From contig CANEDJ010000002.1 of NCBI GenBank assembly GCA_947426265.1, positions 367 to 64,366 of the forward strand: a stretch of 64,000 nucleotides of DNA. The letters run 5' to 3'. This stretch comes from an uncultured Mycoplasmatota bacterium. Its GTDB lineage: Bacteria > Bacillota_I > Bacilli_A > RF39 > UBA660. Positions 20,279-31,012 of the stretch are shown piece by piece. Made by a program: the position numbers and the translations under genes. The notes below the pieces were generated by a model that did not search any database, was not told the DNA's origin, and saw nothing but the letters and a program-made list of their open reading frames with translations. Within the stretch, counting starts at the first letter, position 1. Each line of letters starts with the position of its first letter.

Positions 20279-23200
20279 ATGAGAAAACAATTATCAATGA
20301 AAAACTTTATTACAGGAATTATTCCATATTTTGTTTTAGCAATCCTTGGATTTGTACGAGTGGATTTTTTTGTAGATAATCTTGGGGATGAAATTTATGC
20401 AATTAATCAATTGTTTTTTCAAATATTTGCTTATATTTCTTTGGTAGAAGCAGGTATTGGACCTCTTATTACGCAACAATATTATAAATTCTTTGCAGAT
20501 CAAGACCATAAATCTATTAGTGGACTTTATACAACCTCAAAGAAAATGTTACAAAAAATTTCAATTGCTATTTTAATAATTGGGTTTATCGTTTCTTTAT
20601 TTTTAAAATTTTTGACAAATAATAACTTAGCGCTTGGATATATGCAAATTGTATTTATGATATTCTTATTTCGCAGCATTTTGGAATACCTAATGCTTTC
20701 TCCGCGATTGGTATTACAAGCAGATCAAAGAATTTATAAAATTAATGTGTTATTGAATGCTTATAAAGTAATAGAAATTATTGTAGAAATTACACTGTTA
20801 CAATGTGGAATTGATTATTTAGTTATTTTGTTATCTTCTATTGTAGTAAGATTCTTGTCTTATTACTATACTAATCGTAAAATCTTTAAAGAGTATCCTT
20901 GGTTAACTGTGGTAAATAAAAATGAAGTGGTAAAATTAAAAAATTCAACTAGTGTTTTATGGCATAAATTGGCAGATGCCATTTATAATAATACGGATAT
21001 TTTATTAATATCTGCTAAGTTGGAACCAATAAGTGTTGTTATTTATTCTGCTTATAAGTATATTGTAAAATTTATTGTAGATGGAGTTTATATCTTATCA
21101 AATGCTTTGACAGCAAGTTTTGGAAATGTAGTTTATAAAAGCAAGAAAGCGGACAAACATCTGATATTTGAAGAAATGAATATGGCCTTTTTAGCGGCAG
21201 CTAGCTTTTTTACGATTACTGTTTATGTATTAAGTCATACTTTTGTGTCTTTGTGGTTAGGCCCAAATAAGTTAATGGATAATTTAGCTTTTATTTTTAT
21301 GATAATAGTATTATTCAACGATATTGCTAGAAGACCATTTCTTATTTGTAGGGATGCTAATGGATTGTTTAAAGAAACACAATTGATTACAATTGTAGAA
21401 TCCTTTTTAAATTTAATATTATCAATAGTACTAGTTTTTAAATATGGTGTAGTTGGAGTTTTATTTGCAACAGCTTTTTCAACACTTGCCACAAGTTTTT
21501 GGTTTTATCCACGTTATATTTATAAACAGGCATTTTATATGGATTCAAAGCAATACTTTCTCAAATACTTTACTTGTGTAATAATAACCATAATAGGATG
21601 TTTTGTTGGAAGACATTTGTTTGAAATTTTACCCTCTTCTGGTTATGTTAGTTGGATTTTCAGCGCTGTTGTTATTTGTCTATTAGCAATTGTTTTGATT
21701 GCTATAACATTTATAATATGTTTTAAAGATTTTCGCAGATTGTTATATAAAGCAAAATTATTGTTGGAGGAGATGAAAATAATGGAAAGATTGAAAAATA
21801 TGAAGAAGATGATGATTGATAAAGAAGTTCTTATAAAATTATTGATGTTCTTTTTAATGTTACAACCTGTTTTAGATATTTATATATTATTTGAACCTAC
21901 AGTTGTTTCATTTTTTCACTTTTCTCCAACGACAATTATAAGAATCCTTTTTGTTGGGCTATTGCTTTTAATGTTAGGATTTACATTAAAATATTCAAAA
22001 AAATATTTTTTGATGTTGGGATATATATTTTTGGTTGTTTTATATGCAATATTTCATCATTTGAATGCGATGCAGTTTCAATCTAATGTGCCAGGGAATT
22101 TTGGTTATTCTTTTACGTCAGAAATTTTCTATATTATTCGAATGTTATTGCCACTTATTATGATTATAATATCCTATCATGTAAAATTTAGTGAGAAGCG
22201 AATGCAAACAGTAATTCAAACTTTAATACTTCTTATTTCTGGAAGCATTGTTATAACTAATCTTTTTTCTATATCTTTAGCTTCTTATACAAAAACATCA
22301 ATAGCAGCGAATATATTTACATGGTTTACTGATCAATATGAAAAATATAATTATTTACAATTGGCATCAAGAGGTTTTTTTGTGTCAGCAAATCGTATTT
22401 CAGCATTAGAACTTCTATTGACACCAATTTGGTTATTTTTCTTTATTAAAAAACCTACCAAAAAAAACATAGTTATTACTATTATACACATTATTGCAAT
22501 GCTTATGCTTGGAACAAAAGTTGCAACTTTGGGAATAATTTTGTTATTAATCTTATCGTTTTTAATATATTGCTATTGTTGCTTTATACAAAAAGAATTT
22601 GAATTTTCTAAAAAAATTTTATATTCATTTATTATGTTTGTAATCATTTGGAGCTCTATATTTCCGCTATCGCCTGCAATGAATCGAAATAATATTGATA
22701 ATAATAGAGAACAAAATTCTGAAACGATGGTAACTTGCAAAAAAATGAAGCAAATACCGTTAGGTCAGATAAAATATGAAGATCCTTTAATTGAATATGA
22801 AACTGATGATCTTACGAAATGCTCATTAAATAAGGATTTAGAAAAGCAAAAATTGGAATTAGTAGAAAGAAATTTAGCATTTCTTTCAAAAGAAGAAGAA
22901 AAAGTAGAATATTTAAAATCTTTTATAGAAGTAGAATATGAGAATTTCAATATAAAGACGGAGTTTCTTTTTGAATCTTATCCGTATCAATATAACCCTT
23001 ATTTTTGGTATGATATTATGAAAGAACCTTTAATGGTGCGAACTAATTTTAGAATTTTAGAGGAACGAATGCTTTCCAATATAAAAAAACAAAATAATAA
23101 TTACTATGATAATTATTTTGGCATTACATTTACTAGAATGAGTAATATTTTTGATTTAGAAAGAGATTTCATTTCACACTATTATACATTAGGATGGTGC

Positions 23201-24619
23201 GGGTTAATTTTATTGTTATTCCCTTATTTGATAATTGTGGTGTTTGGAATTATTTTAATGTTATTTCAATTTAAAGAAAAAATTAATTTTTATAATATAA
23301 TGCTATTATTTTCGATTGGAATTACATTATTTGCTGCATATTATAGTGGAAATATAATGGATGGTTTAATTGTTACCTTGATTTTAGGATTTATTATTGG
23401 ACAATTTGTACAATGTGTATATAGGAGGAATAAAACAATGAATGAAAAGAAAAAAATATCCATTATTATGCCAACTTATAATGATGCAAAAAGTATTTGT
23501 GAAACACTAGATTCTGTCATAGAACAAACTTATCAAAATTGGGAATTAATTATTGTTGATGATGGTTCAAAGGATGAAACAAGATCAGTGATAAAAAGTT
23601 ATAAAAAAGCCCACAAAAATGATAATAGAATTCAATATGTATACCAAAAAAACACAGATCAATTAAAGGCTATTATACATGGAATGGATTACATAAGCGG
23701 AGATTATATTTATATTCTTCATTCTGATGACTTGCTAGCAACAAAAATGGTATTTGAAAGGGCAGTTCAATACTTAGAAAAGTATACAGAAGTTGATGCT
23801 ATAATAGGAGATTTGATTGTAATTGATGAAAATAGTAAAATAACAGGAAGGCAAGAAGTATTATCATACTTAAAAAAAGAAAAAACTCCAGCAATTCAGC
23901 TACTTTGGCTTGGAAGAAATTTATATGTTGATTTTGCTTTTCATAGAAAAAAATTTTTTTTTGAAAATGTAAAAGAAAATTATTTAACTTGGAATACTCC
24001 TTTTTGGTTAAACACCTCTGATTCTTTATCTATGCTAAATGTAAAAAAAGTTGATTTTGAATTTATTAAATATAGGGTCCATAGTGGCAATTATATCAAT
24101 AATGATATTGGCAAATTAAATGTTATAAATGGAGAACTAAGAACGGTTACTCGTTTAATGAAATATTATGACATTCCAAATTATAAAAAACAATTTTATA
24201 TTTTTCGTATTTTCAATCGATTAAATTTTTTACAGATTTATAAGCCTCTATATAAAAAACGAGAATTTACAAATAAAGCAGAAGTTTTGGATTTTATAAT
24301 TCGAAAGAGATTTTCAAATGGATATAATGATAATTGTTTTTTAAAAAGTCTTGTAAGTTTTTATGAAAATTTTCATTCAAGAAAAATATATTTTAAAGAT
24401 ATTTATAATAATGAAATTATATATAAGGGAAATGAAATGAGGCAATTTAACAAAGAATTAATAGATAATAAATTACCAAATCTATATTTATCTATATTCA
24501 AAGAAATGCAAGTTGGCTTTGATGAGATTATAGTGAAGACTGAAGAGGAAAAAGAAAAAGCGATTAATTTAACAAAATTTTTATGTATTTATCCATTTGT
24601 AAAAGTTACGAAGAAGTAG
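20279..24619 (+). CDS. Tri-modular glycopolymer protein: Wzx-type polysaccharide flippase (aa 1-~490), Wzy/O-antigen-ligase-like polytopic module (aa ~499-1050), family-2 glycosyltransferase (aa ~1054-1446)
   Basis: Continuous 1446-codon frame in AT-rich DNA. The N-terminal module has a 12-14 TM MOP-flippase pattern. The middle module has many TM helices plus a ~190-aa hydrophilic loop. The C-terminus reads ISIIMPTYNDAKSICETLDSVIEQTYQNWELIIVDDGSKDET (GT2 DXD region). Internal RBS+ATG pairs sit at both junctions (GGAGGAG at 21766 then ATG 21773/21782; AGGAGG at 23423 then ATG 23438). Confidence 0.65.
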   Translation: MRKQLSMKNFITGIIPYFVLAILGFVRVDFFVDNLGDEIYAINQLFFQIFAYISLVEAGIGPLITQQYYKFFADQDHKSISGLYTTSKKMLQKISIAILIIGFIVSLFLKFLTNNNLALGYMQIVFMIFLFRSILEYLMLSPRLVLQADQRIYKINVLLNAYKVIEIIVEITLLQCGIDYLVILLSSIVVRFLSYYYTNRKIFKEYPWLTVVNKNEVVKLKNSTSVLWHKLADAIYNNTDILLISAKLEPISVVIYSAYKYIVKFIVDGVYILSNALTASFGNVVYKSKKADKHLIFEEMNMAFLAAASFFTITVYVLSHTFVSLWLGPNKLMDNLAFIFMIIVLFNDIARRPFLICRDANGLFKETQLITIVESFLNLILSIVLVFKYGVVGVLFATAFSTLATSFWFYPRYIYKQAFYMDSKQYFLKYFTCVIITIIGCFVGRHLFEILPSSGYVSWIFSAVVICLLAIVLIAITFIICFKDFRRLLYKAKLLLEEMKIMERLKNMKKMMIDKEVLIKLLMFFLMLQPVLDIYILFEPTVVSFFHFSPTTIIRILFVGLLLLMLGFTLKYSKKYFLMLGYIFLVVLYAIFHHLNAMQFQSNVPGNFGYSFTSEIFYIIRMLLPLIMIIISYHVKFSEKRMQTVIQTLILLISGSIVITNLFSISLASYTKTSIAANIFTWFTDQYEKYNYLQLASRGFFVSANRISALELLLTPIWLFFFIKKPTKKNIVITIIHIIAMLMLGTKVATLGIILLLILSFLIYCYCCFIQKEFEFSKKILYSFIMFVIIWSSIFPLSPAMNRNNIDNNREQNSETMVTCKKMKQIPLGQIKYEDPLIEYETDDLTKCSLNKDLEKQKLELVERNLAFLSKEEEKVEYLKSFIEVEYENFNIKTEFLFESYPYQYNPYFWYDIMKEPLMVRTNFRILEERMLSNIKKQNNNYYDNYFGITFTRMSNIFDLERDFISHYYTLGWCGLILLLFPYLIIVVFGIILMLFQFKEKINFYNIMLLFSIGITLFAAYYSGNIMDGLIVTLILGFIIGQFVQCVYRRNKTMNEKKKISIIMPTYNDAKSICETLDSVIEQTYQNWELIIVDDGSKDETRSVIKSYKKAHKNDNRIQYVYQKNTDQLKAIIHGMDYISGDYIYILHSDDLLATKMVFERAVQYLEKYTEVDAIIGDLIVIDENSKITGRQEVLSYLKKEKTPAIQLLWLGRNLYVDFAFHRKKFFFENVKENYLTWNTPFWLNTSDSLSMLNVKKVDFEFIKYRVHSGNYINNDIGKLNVINGELRTVTRLMKYYDIPNYKKQFYIFRIFNRLNFLQIYKPLYKKREFTNKAEVLDFIIRKRFSNGYNDNCFLKSLVSFYENFHSRKIYFKDIYNNEIIYKGNEMRQFNKELIDNKLPNLYLSIFKEMQVGFDEIIVKTEEEKEKAINLTKFLCIYPFVKVTKK

Positions 24620-24629
24620 GAGGAAAAAT

Positions 24630-25331
24630 ATGATACCAAAAAAAGTACATTTTATTTGGGTAGGTGGAAAAGAAAAACCGAAAGATATAGTGAAATGCAT
24701 GAAAACTTGGAAGAAACATTTGAAAGGTTATGAAATTGTTGAGTGGAATGAATCTAATTTTGATATTCATTCACATCCGTTTGCAGAAGCAGCCTATAAA
24801 GCAAAAAAATGGGCTTATGTAAGCGACTATATTAGGGCGTATGTGATTTATCATGAGGGAGGAATTTATGTTGATACTGATGTGTTGATCTTAGATAATT
24901 TTGATAAGTTCTTAATGCATAAAGCATTTGTAGGGTTTGAACGGCCAGAATTTCCTTTTACAGCTGTATTTGGTGCAGAAAAAGGTCATCCTTTTGTAAA
25001 AGATATGTTAGATTATTATGACTCTTTAGATAGTTATCAATTCGATTTTCAAAATAATAATACTATTTCTGTATCAGATATTTTAGTAGATAAGTATGGA
25101 TGTAGGAAAGATAACCAATATCAAGAATTAAAAGAGGGAATTATTGTTTATCCTGACACAGTTTTATGTAATCCATCAATTAATTCTGTTTCAATTCATG
25201 TTTTTAATGGTTCTTGGCTAGAAGAAAAAAAACCTTTTAAAAGAAAAATTAACAAATTTTTAAAATTAAAATTAACGAGTCAAAAACGATCAGCTTGGTA
25301 TCGAAAGAATATTCAAAAAATAAAAGATTAA
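24630..25331 (+). CDS. Glycosyltransferase, GT32-like (Gly_transf_sug DXD family)
   Basis: PKKVHFIWVGG and SDYIRAYVIYHEGGIYVDTDV motifs. Confidence 0.7.
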   Translation: MIPKKVHFIWVGGKEKPKDIVKCMKTWKKHLKGYEIVEWNESNFDIHSHPFAEAAYKAKKWAYVSDYIRAYVIYHEGGIYVDTDVLILDNFDKFLMHKAFVGFERPEFPFTAVFGAEKGHPFVKDMLDYYDSLDSYQFDFQNNNTISVSDILVDKYGCRKDNQYQELKEGIIVYPDTVLCNPSINSVSIHVFNGSWLEEKKPFKRKINKFLKLKLTSQKRSAWYRKNIQKIKD

Positions 25332-25363
25332 AACAACACTTGAAAATTTAGGAGAAAAATGAT

Positions 25364-26503
25364 ATGAAAAAAGTAGCAATTTTAGGGCTTCATTTAGGAT
25401 ATGGTGGAGTCGAGCAGTCAATTGTTAATTTAGCTAATATGCTTTGTGAAAAATATGAAGTAGAGCTTGTGATTACATATCAGGTAGTAGAAGAAGTACC
25501 TTATAAAATAAATCAAAAAGTAAAAATTACTTATCTTACTGATTTGAAACCTAATCGGGAAGAATTTAAAAAAGAATTAAAAGAAAGACATTTGATACAG
25601 GCTTTTAAAGAAGGATTAAAAAGCATTTTGATTTTACATAAAAGGATATCTGTTATGAAAAAGTATATAAAAAACAGTGATGCTGATATATTAATATCTA
25701 GTAGAGTTTTATATACAAAGCTAGTAAGTAAGTATGCAAAAAAAGGAGTTATTACCATAGCGCAAGAACATTGTCACCATAATAATAATCAAAAATATAT
25801 TAATAAAGTTAAAAGGGCTTGTCGAAACATAAACTACTTAATACCAGTTTCAAAAGAATTAACAAGTGACTATCAAAAAATGATTCAAAATGGGAAAACC
25901 GTCTGTTTATTTATTCCAAATTCGTTAGAATTTTGGCCAGAAAAAACCTCTAACTTAGATTGTAAAAATCTAATATCTGTTGGACGTATTTCCAAAGAAA
26001 AAGGATATCTAGATTTAATTGATGTATTTGAATTGATTCATCAAGTGAACCCAGATTGGAAGTTAAACATTATTGGTAATGGTGGAGAGATGTCAAAATT
26101 AAAAGAAAAAATAACAGAGAAAAAATTAGAGAAATATGTGATACTTCACGGCTTTCAAAATAAAGCTTATATTTATGAGCAACTATTACAATCTTCAATT
26201 TATGTGATGTGTTCCTATGAAGAATCATTTGGTATTGTTTTATTAGAAGCCGCATCGTTTGGTATACCACTGATTGCATATTCTAGTGCTCAAGGAGCTC
26301 ATGAAATTATCGAAAATAATGAAAATGGATATTTAATAGAAAATCGTGATAAAAATAAAATGGCAACCAAAGTTAATGAATTAATTGACAGTCAAGAACA
26401 GCGAATAAAATTGGGAACTTTTGCAAGAACAAGTGTAGAGCAATTTGCATTTGAAAATGTAAAAGAACAATGGCTTAAGTTCCTAGATAGTATGGAGGAG
26501 TAG
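25364..26503 (+). CDS. Glycosyltransferase family 4 (GT-B)
   Basis: EESFGIVLLEAASFGIPLIAYSS (E-x7-E) motif. Length 379 aa. Confidence 0.8.
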   Translation: MKKVAILGLHLGYGGVEQSIVNLANMLCEKYEVELVITYQVVEEVPYKINQKVKITYLTDLKPNREEFKKELKERHLIQAFKEGLKSILILHKRISVMKKYIKNSDADILISSRVLYTKLVSKYAKKGVITIAQEHCHHNNNQKYINKVKRACRNINYLIPVSKELTSDYQKMIQNGKTVCLFIPNSLEFWPEKTSNLDCKNLISVGRISKEKGYLDLIDVFELIHQVNPDWKLNIIGNGGEMSKLKEKITEKKLEKYVILHGFQNKAYIYEQLLQSSIYVMCSYEESFGIVLLEAASFGIPLIAYSSAQGAHEIIENNENGYLIENRDKNKMATKVNELIDSQEQRIKLGTFARTSVEQFAFENVKEQWLKFLDSMEE

Positions 26504-26504
26504 T

Positions 26505-27245
26505 ATGAAGAACTTTTTTGAAAGAATGTATAGTGCTTCCTATCAAGAGTTTGAAAAGGAATTAGAAAAAAATTTAAGGGAAAACCGAAAAATGTTTGTC
26601 GTAACAGCGAATCCAGAAACTTTTATGATTGGAACAAACAATCAAGAAGTAAGTCAAATTCTATTAGATAGAAAAGTAACAATTGTACCAGATGGAATCG
26701 GCATTGTGAAAGGCGCTAACATGCTGGGCTATAAAGTGAAAGAAAGAATTCCTGGAATTGAGATTGCTTGGAGTTTGTTAAAACTAGGAAATGAACAAAA
26801 AAAATCGATTTTTCTCTTAGGAGCCAGCGAAGAAGTAAAAGAAAAAATGATAGAAAAATTAAAAGCAGATTATCCAAATTTAAAAATTTTAGGAGCTATA
26901 AATGGCTATGGTAAAAACAAAGATAAAGATTTTGAACGAATAAAAAAAGAAAATCCAGATATCATTTTAGTAGCGCTAGGAATACCAGCTCAAGAAAAAT
27001 TAATTTATAAACATTTAGATGACTTTTCAAAAGGAATTTTTGTAGGTGTAGGAGGTTCTTTAGATGTAATTAGTGGAGCTAAAAAAAGAGCACCAAAAAT
27101 ATTTCAAAATTTGGGACTTGAATGGTTATATAGATTGGCAAAAGAACCAAAAAGAATTAAACGTTTTTATAATAGCAATGTGAAATTTATATTTGAAATA
27201 AAAAAATTGAAGAAAGGAAAAAATAATGAAATGGTTAAAAAGTAA
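26505..27245 (+). CDS. tagA: WecG/TagA/CpsF-family (GT26) N-acetylmannosaminyltransferase
   Basis: VTANPETFM...VPDGIGIV...LLGASEEV, characteristic of TagA. Confidence 0.8.
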   Translation: MKNFFERMYSASYQEFEKELEKNLRENRKMFVVTANPETFMIGTNNQEVSQILLDRKVTIVPDGIGIVKGANMLGYKVKERIPGIEIAWSLLKLGNEQKKSIFLLGASEEVKEKMIEKLKADYPNLKILGAINGYGKNKDKDFERIKKENPDIILVALGIPAQEKLIYKHLDDFSKGIFVGVGGSLDVISGAKKRAPKIFQNLGLEWLYRLAKEPKRIKRFYNSNVKFIFEIKKLKKGKNNEMVKK

Positions 27246-27446
27246 CTATTTAATATTGTGTCAGTTTCATATATTATTTTTTAGTATAGAATGAAACTTA
27301 TATTTTAATATTATTTACAGGAAGATTGACTGCTGCAAATTTTAGTACTGGAAGTGTCGCCAAGCTATTTTTTACGAACGATGACAACTCTTGCTATATG
27401 TGTTTTAGTAGCACTAGACAAGTTAATTACGAAGGAGGATTAAAAA

Positions 27447-28550
27447 ATGATAAAAGTAATGACTATATTTGGAACAAGGCCAGAGGCTATTAAAATGGCC
27501 CCTTTGGTAAAAGAATTGAAAGCTAGAAAAGAAATAGAGACCATTGTATGTGTAACCGCTCAACACAGAGAAATGTTAGACCAAGTGTTAGAAGCATTTG
27601 ATATAAAACCTGATTATGATTTAAACATTATGAAGCAAGGACAGACTTTAGGAGAGGTTACAACAAGAGCGCTAACTGGGTTAGAAGATGTTATCAAAAA
27701 GGAAAAGCCAGATATAGTGTTAGTACATGGAGATACAACAACAACGTTTTCAGGAGCCTTAGCTGCTTTCTATAATAGTGTTGCAATTGGTCATGTAGAG
27801 GCAGGGCTTAGGACTTGGGATAAATATTCGCCCTATCCTGAAGAAATGAACCGTCAAATGGTAGGGTGTATGGCAGATATGCATTTTTCACCAACAGAAG
27901 TAAGTGCAAGGAATTTACTCAATGAAGGAAAGAAAAAAGAGAATATCTATATTACTGGAAATACAGCCATTGATGCTATGAAAACAACTGTCAAAGATGA
28001 TTATCATCATGAAGTATTTGATTGGATTGGCAGTAGTCGAATGGTTTTATTAACTGCACATAGAAGAGAAAACTTAGGAGAACCGATGTACCATATTTTT
28101 AAAGCTGTTAAAAGAATTGTTGATGAATTTGAAGACATTAAAGTTGTATATCCAATTCATATGAATCCAAAAGTTCGGGAAGTGGCTAATGAGGTTTTAA
28201 AAGACACAAACAGAGTAAAATTGATAGAGCCATTAGAAGTAGTTGATTTCCATAATTTTATTAATAAATCTTATATTATTTTAACAGATAGCGGAGGAAT
28301 ACAAGAAGAAGCACCTTCTTTAGGAAAACCTGTGTTGGTACTTAGGGATACTACAGAAAGACCAGAAGGGATTAATGCAGGAACTTTAAAATTGGTTGGA
28401 ACTGATGAAGATATTATTTATAATGAAACTAAAACTTTACTTATTGATAAAGATGTATATGAAAAAATGAGTAAAGCTAGCAATCCTTATGGAGATGGGG
28501 AAGCTAGTAGAAGAATAGCAGATGCGATTATAGAAAAATTTTCTAAATAG
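27447..28550 (+). CDS. mnaA: UDP-N-acetylglucosamine 2-epimerase (non-hydrolysing)
   Basis: MIKVMTIFGTRPEAIKMAPLV N-terminus and HVEAGLRT motif. Confidence 0.9.
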   Translation: MIKVMTIFGTRPEAIKMAPLVKELKARKEIETIVCVTAQHREMLDQVLEAFDIKPDYDLNIMKQGQTLGEVTTRALTGLEDVIKKEKPDIVLVHGDTTTTFSGALAAFYNSVAIGHVEAGLRTWDKYSPYPEEMNRQMVGCMADMHFSPTEVSARNLLNEGKKKENIYITGNTAIDAMKTTVKDDYHHEVFDWIGSSRMVLLTAHRRENLGEPMYHIFKAVKRIVDEFEDIKVVYPIHMNPKVREVANEVLKDTNRVKLIEPLEVVDFHNFINKSYIILTDSGGIQEEAPSLGKPVLVLRDTTERPEGINAGTLKLVGTDEDIIYNETKTLLIDKDVYEKMSKASNPYGDGEASRRIADAIIEKFSK

Positions 28551-28570
28551 ATAGCAGTAAGGAGTGTATT

Positions 28571-29419
28571 ATGAAAGATTATATATCTTTAATGAGGCCA
28601 AAGCATTATTTGAAAAATACCTTGATATTTTTTCCATTAATATTTTCAGCTCTCATTTTTGAAAAACAAAATTTTCTGTCTTGTTTGTTTGGGTTTATTG
28701 CCTTTTCTTTATCTGCATCTACTATTTATATTGTTAATGATATACGAGATAAAGAAAAAGATAGAAATCATGAAAAGAAAAAAAATAGGCCGATTGCTTC
28801 TGGAAAAGTGAGCATACCAAGTGCGATTATATTGGCTTGTATCCTATTTCTTATATCGTATATCTTTCATTTCTTTGCAGTTAAAGAAATAGCTCATTCG
28901 AGCTATATATATATACTAGTATATATAATTATTAATCTTGCCTATAGCTTTGGACTTAAAAATGTACCACTAGTAGATGTAACAATTTTAGTAATTGGAT
29001 TTTTACTGCGTGTACTATATGGTGCAGCAATCATAGGCATTGAAGTATCAAATTGGCTTTATTTAACTATTATTTCTATTTCGTTTTATTTGGGTTTGGG
29101 TAAAAGAAGAAATGAGATAAAGAAATCAGGAACTAGATCAAGAAAAGTGTTAGATTATTATAATGAAGAATTTTTAGACAAAAACATGCATATGTGTATG
29201 TCACTTGCTATTGTATTTTATTCCTTATGGTGCGCTAGTAGTCCAAATCATTTAATAGTTTGGACTGTTCCACTAATAATATTATTGTGTATGCGTTATA
29301 GCATGGATGTTGAAGGTGATAATTTTGGAGATCCTATTGACGTGATATATGCAGACAAATTTTTAGGTCTATTAGCTTTAATTGTTGGAATAATACTATT
29401 TGGAATTATTTATATGTAG
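28571..29419 (+). CDS. UbiA-superfamily polyprenyl-phosphate phosphoribosyltransferase homolog (DPPR-synthase subfamily)
   Basis: Seven to eight TM helices. Motif NDIRDKEKDRNHEKKKNRPIASG, compared from memory with mycobacterial Rv3806c (NDxxDxxxDRxHPxKxxRPIAxG). RBS AAGGAGTG. Confidence 0.65.
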   Translation: MKDYISLMRPKHYLKNTLIFFPLIFSALIFEKQNFLSCLFGFIAFSLSASTIYIVNDIRDKEKDRNHEKKKNRPIASGKVSIPSAIILACILFLISYIFHFFAVKEIAHSSYIYILVYIIINLAYSFGLKNVPLVDVTILVIGFLLRVLYGAAIIGIEVSNWLYLTIISISFYLGLGKRRNEIKKSGTRSRKVLDYYNEEFLDKNMHMCMSLAIVFYSLWCASSPNHLIVWTVPLIILLCMRYSMDVEGDNFGDPIDVIYADKFLGLLALIVGIILFGIIYM

Positions 29420-29431
29420 GGAGGAAATTGT

Positions 29432-31012
29432 ATGAAACAGAAAATAAAATTCTTTTTTAAAAATAAAAATTTAATAGTTCATTTATTTCTTATATTTTCT
29501 ACATTAATTTTTATTTGTGCAAGTATTTCTCCAATAAGGACATTATTCAAAAATAATTTTATGTATACAATCATCTCATTAATCGTATTTTGCGTTTTAA
29601 TATACTGTATCTGGAAATTTTTAAAAAGAGCAGAAGTAGAAAAGAAATGGATTGAATATCTAATTGTGGGCATCCTTATTTTATTGGGCTTGTTATTGCG
29701 AATAGGAACTAATAATATAATCAAGACACAACCAATTTCAGATTTTAATACGCCACATGATGTATATAAACAATTACATAGTGAAAATAATGATATTTTC
29801 GCACCAAAGAGTGATTATCAAAGTTTAAGTTTTTATCAGCGATATTATTCATCCTATCCAGCATGGTTTCCTTATATGAAAGTAATTAGTTTCATATATG
29901 ATACATTTGGAGAAAATCTTAAATATATTAAGCTAATGAATTGGGGGCTTTATATAATCACGTCGCTTTTGCTGTATTGGATTGGGAAAAAAATAAAATC
30001 AAAAAAAGCAGGGATTATTGCATTATTGTTGTTTTCCTGCTTTCCTTCCTTAATTGTTTATACAAACATTACAACACCAGATCATTTTACAATTTTGTTG
30101 TTTACTTGTTTTATTGCAACTTGGGTAAAATTATTAGAATATAGAAAGAAAAAAAGCAAAAAAATTATTTTATGGTGTTTTTTAAATGTTTTATCAATTA
30201 TAGGAATTAATTTATTTAAACCGCTTTCAATTTTAGGACTATTAGTGTTTATTTGCACTGAGTTGTTATGTATTTTATTTCCTATTTTACGCGAAAGAGA
30301 AAGTAGAAAACAATATTTTAAACAATCATTTGCTTTTGCTGTTGGCTTTATAATAGCATGCTATTTGGGTATCAGCATATCAAGTCATATATTAAATGTA
30401 CAAGTAGAAAAAACAATTCACACTGAGGTAGTAGATTCAACTCCACTTTATTTACTTTGGGCTTATTCTTTAGATGAAAAAGGGAATTATAACCCAGATA
30501 TTGCTACTCAAACTTATACCGAATTATTAATAAAATACAATGGGAATCAGAAAGAGGTAATGAAAGAACTTGCAATACTGGCGAAAACACAAATTGTAAA
30601 AAATATTTCAAAATTACCAAAGATTTTTTATCAAAAGTTTAAAGTTGTATTTTCAAGCGAAGAGGATATCTTTTCATTTGCAAATTATAGTAATAATGAA
30701 ATATATGAACAAAAATTAAGAAAAACAATACTAAAGTATTATATATATATTTCAAATACATTTATGGGGGTTTTATTTCTACTTTGTACTTTTTCTCTTA
30801 TAAAAGAAATAAAGGATAAAGAGAAAAATCCAATCATCATCGTAATTACGTTAACAATTATAGGCTATTTTTTAATTTTATTATTAGGTGGAGTTCAAGG
30901 GCGATACAAAATGCTTATGGCTTCATTATTGTGTATTTTAGCTGGAACTATTTTTAGCGAAAACAGAAAGGAAGATGAGTATGTTAATAAGTGTTGTCAT
31001 TCCTTGCTATAA
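29432..31012 (+). CDS. Polytopic GT-C-fold glycosyltransferase (ArnT/PMT/Aft-like, GT39/83-type)
   Basis: 526 aa, at least 12 TM helices, periplasmic loops, aromatic-rich first loop. Call rests on architecture only. Confidence 0.5.
   Translation: MKQKIKFFFKNKNLIVHLFLIFSTLIFICASISPIRTLFKNNFMYTIISLIVFCVLIYCIWKFLKRAEVEKKWIEYLIVGILILLGLLLRIGTNNIIKTQPISDFNTPHDVYKQLHSENNDIFAPKSDYQSLSFYQRYYSSYPAWFPYMKVISFIYDTFGENLKYIKLMNWGLYIITSLLLYWIGKKIKSKKAGIIALLLFSCFPSLIVYTNITTPDHFTILLFTCFIATWVKLLEYRKKKSKKIILWCFLNVLSIIGINLFKPLSILGLLVFICTELLCILFPILRERESRKQYFKQSFAFAVGFIIACYLGISISSHILNVQVEKTIHTEVVDSTPLYLLWAYSLDEKGNYNPDIATQTYTELLIKYNGNQKEVMKELAILAKTQIVKNISKLPKIFYQKFKVVFSSEEDIFSFANYSNNEIYEQKLRKTILKYYIYISNTFMGVLFLLCTFSLIKEIKDKEKNPIIIVITLTIIGYFLILLLGGVQGRYKMLMASLLCILAGTIFSENRKEDEYVNKCCHSLL

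Noticed and set aside
21773-23440. Treating the internal RBS+ATG sites as starts of separate wzy-like and GT2 genes
   Set aside because: There is no stop codon anywhere between 20279 and 24619. In AT-rich DNA that cannot be chance, so the primary call is one fused ORF. Internal initiation remains a possibility and is noted in the findings.
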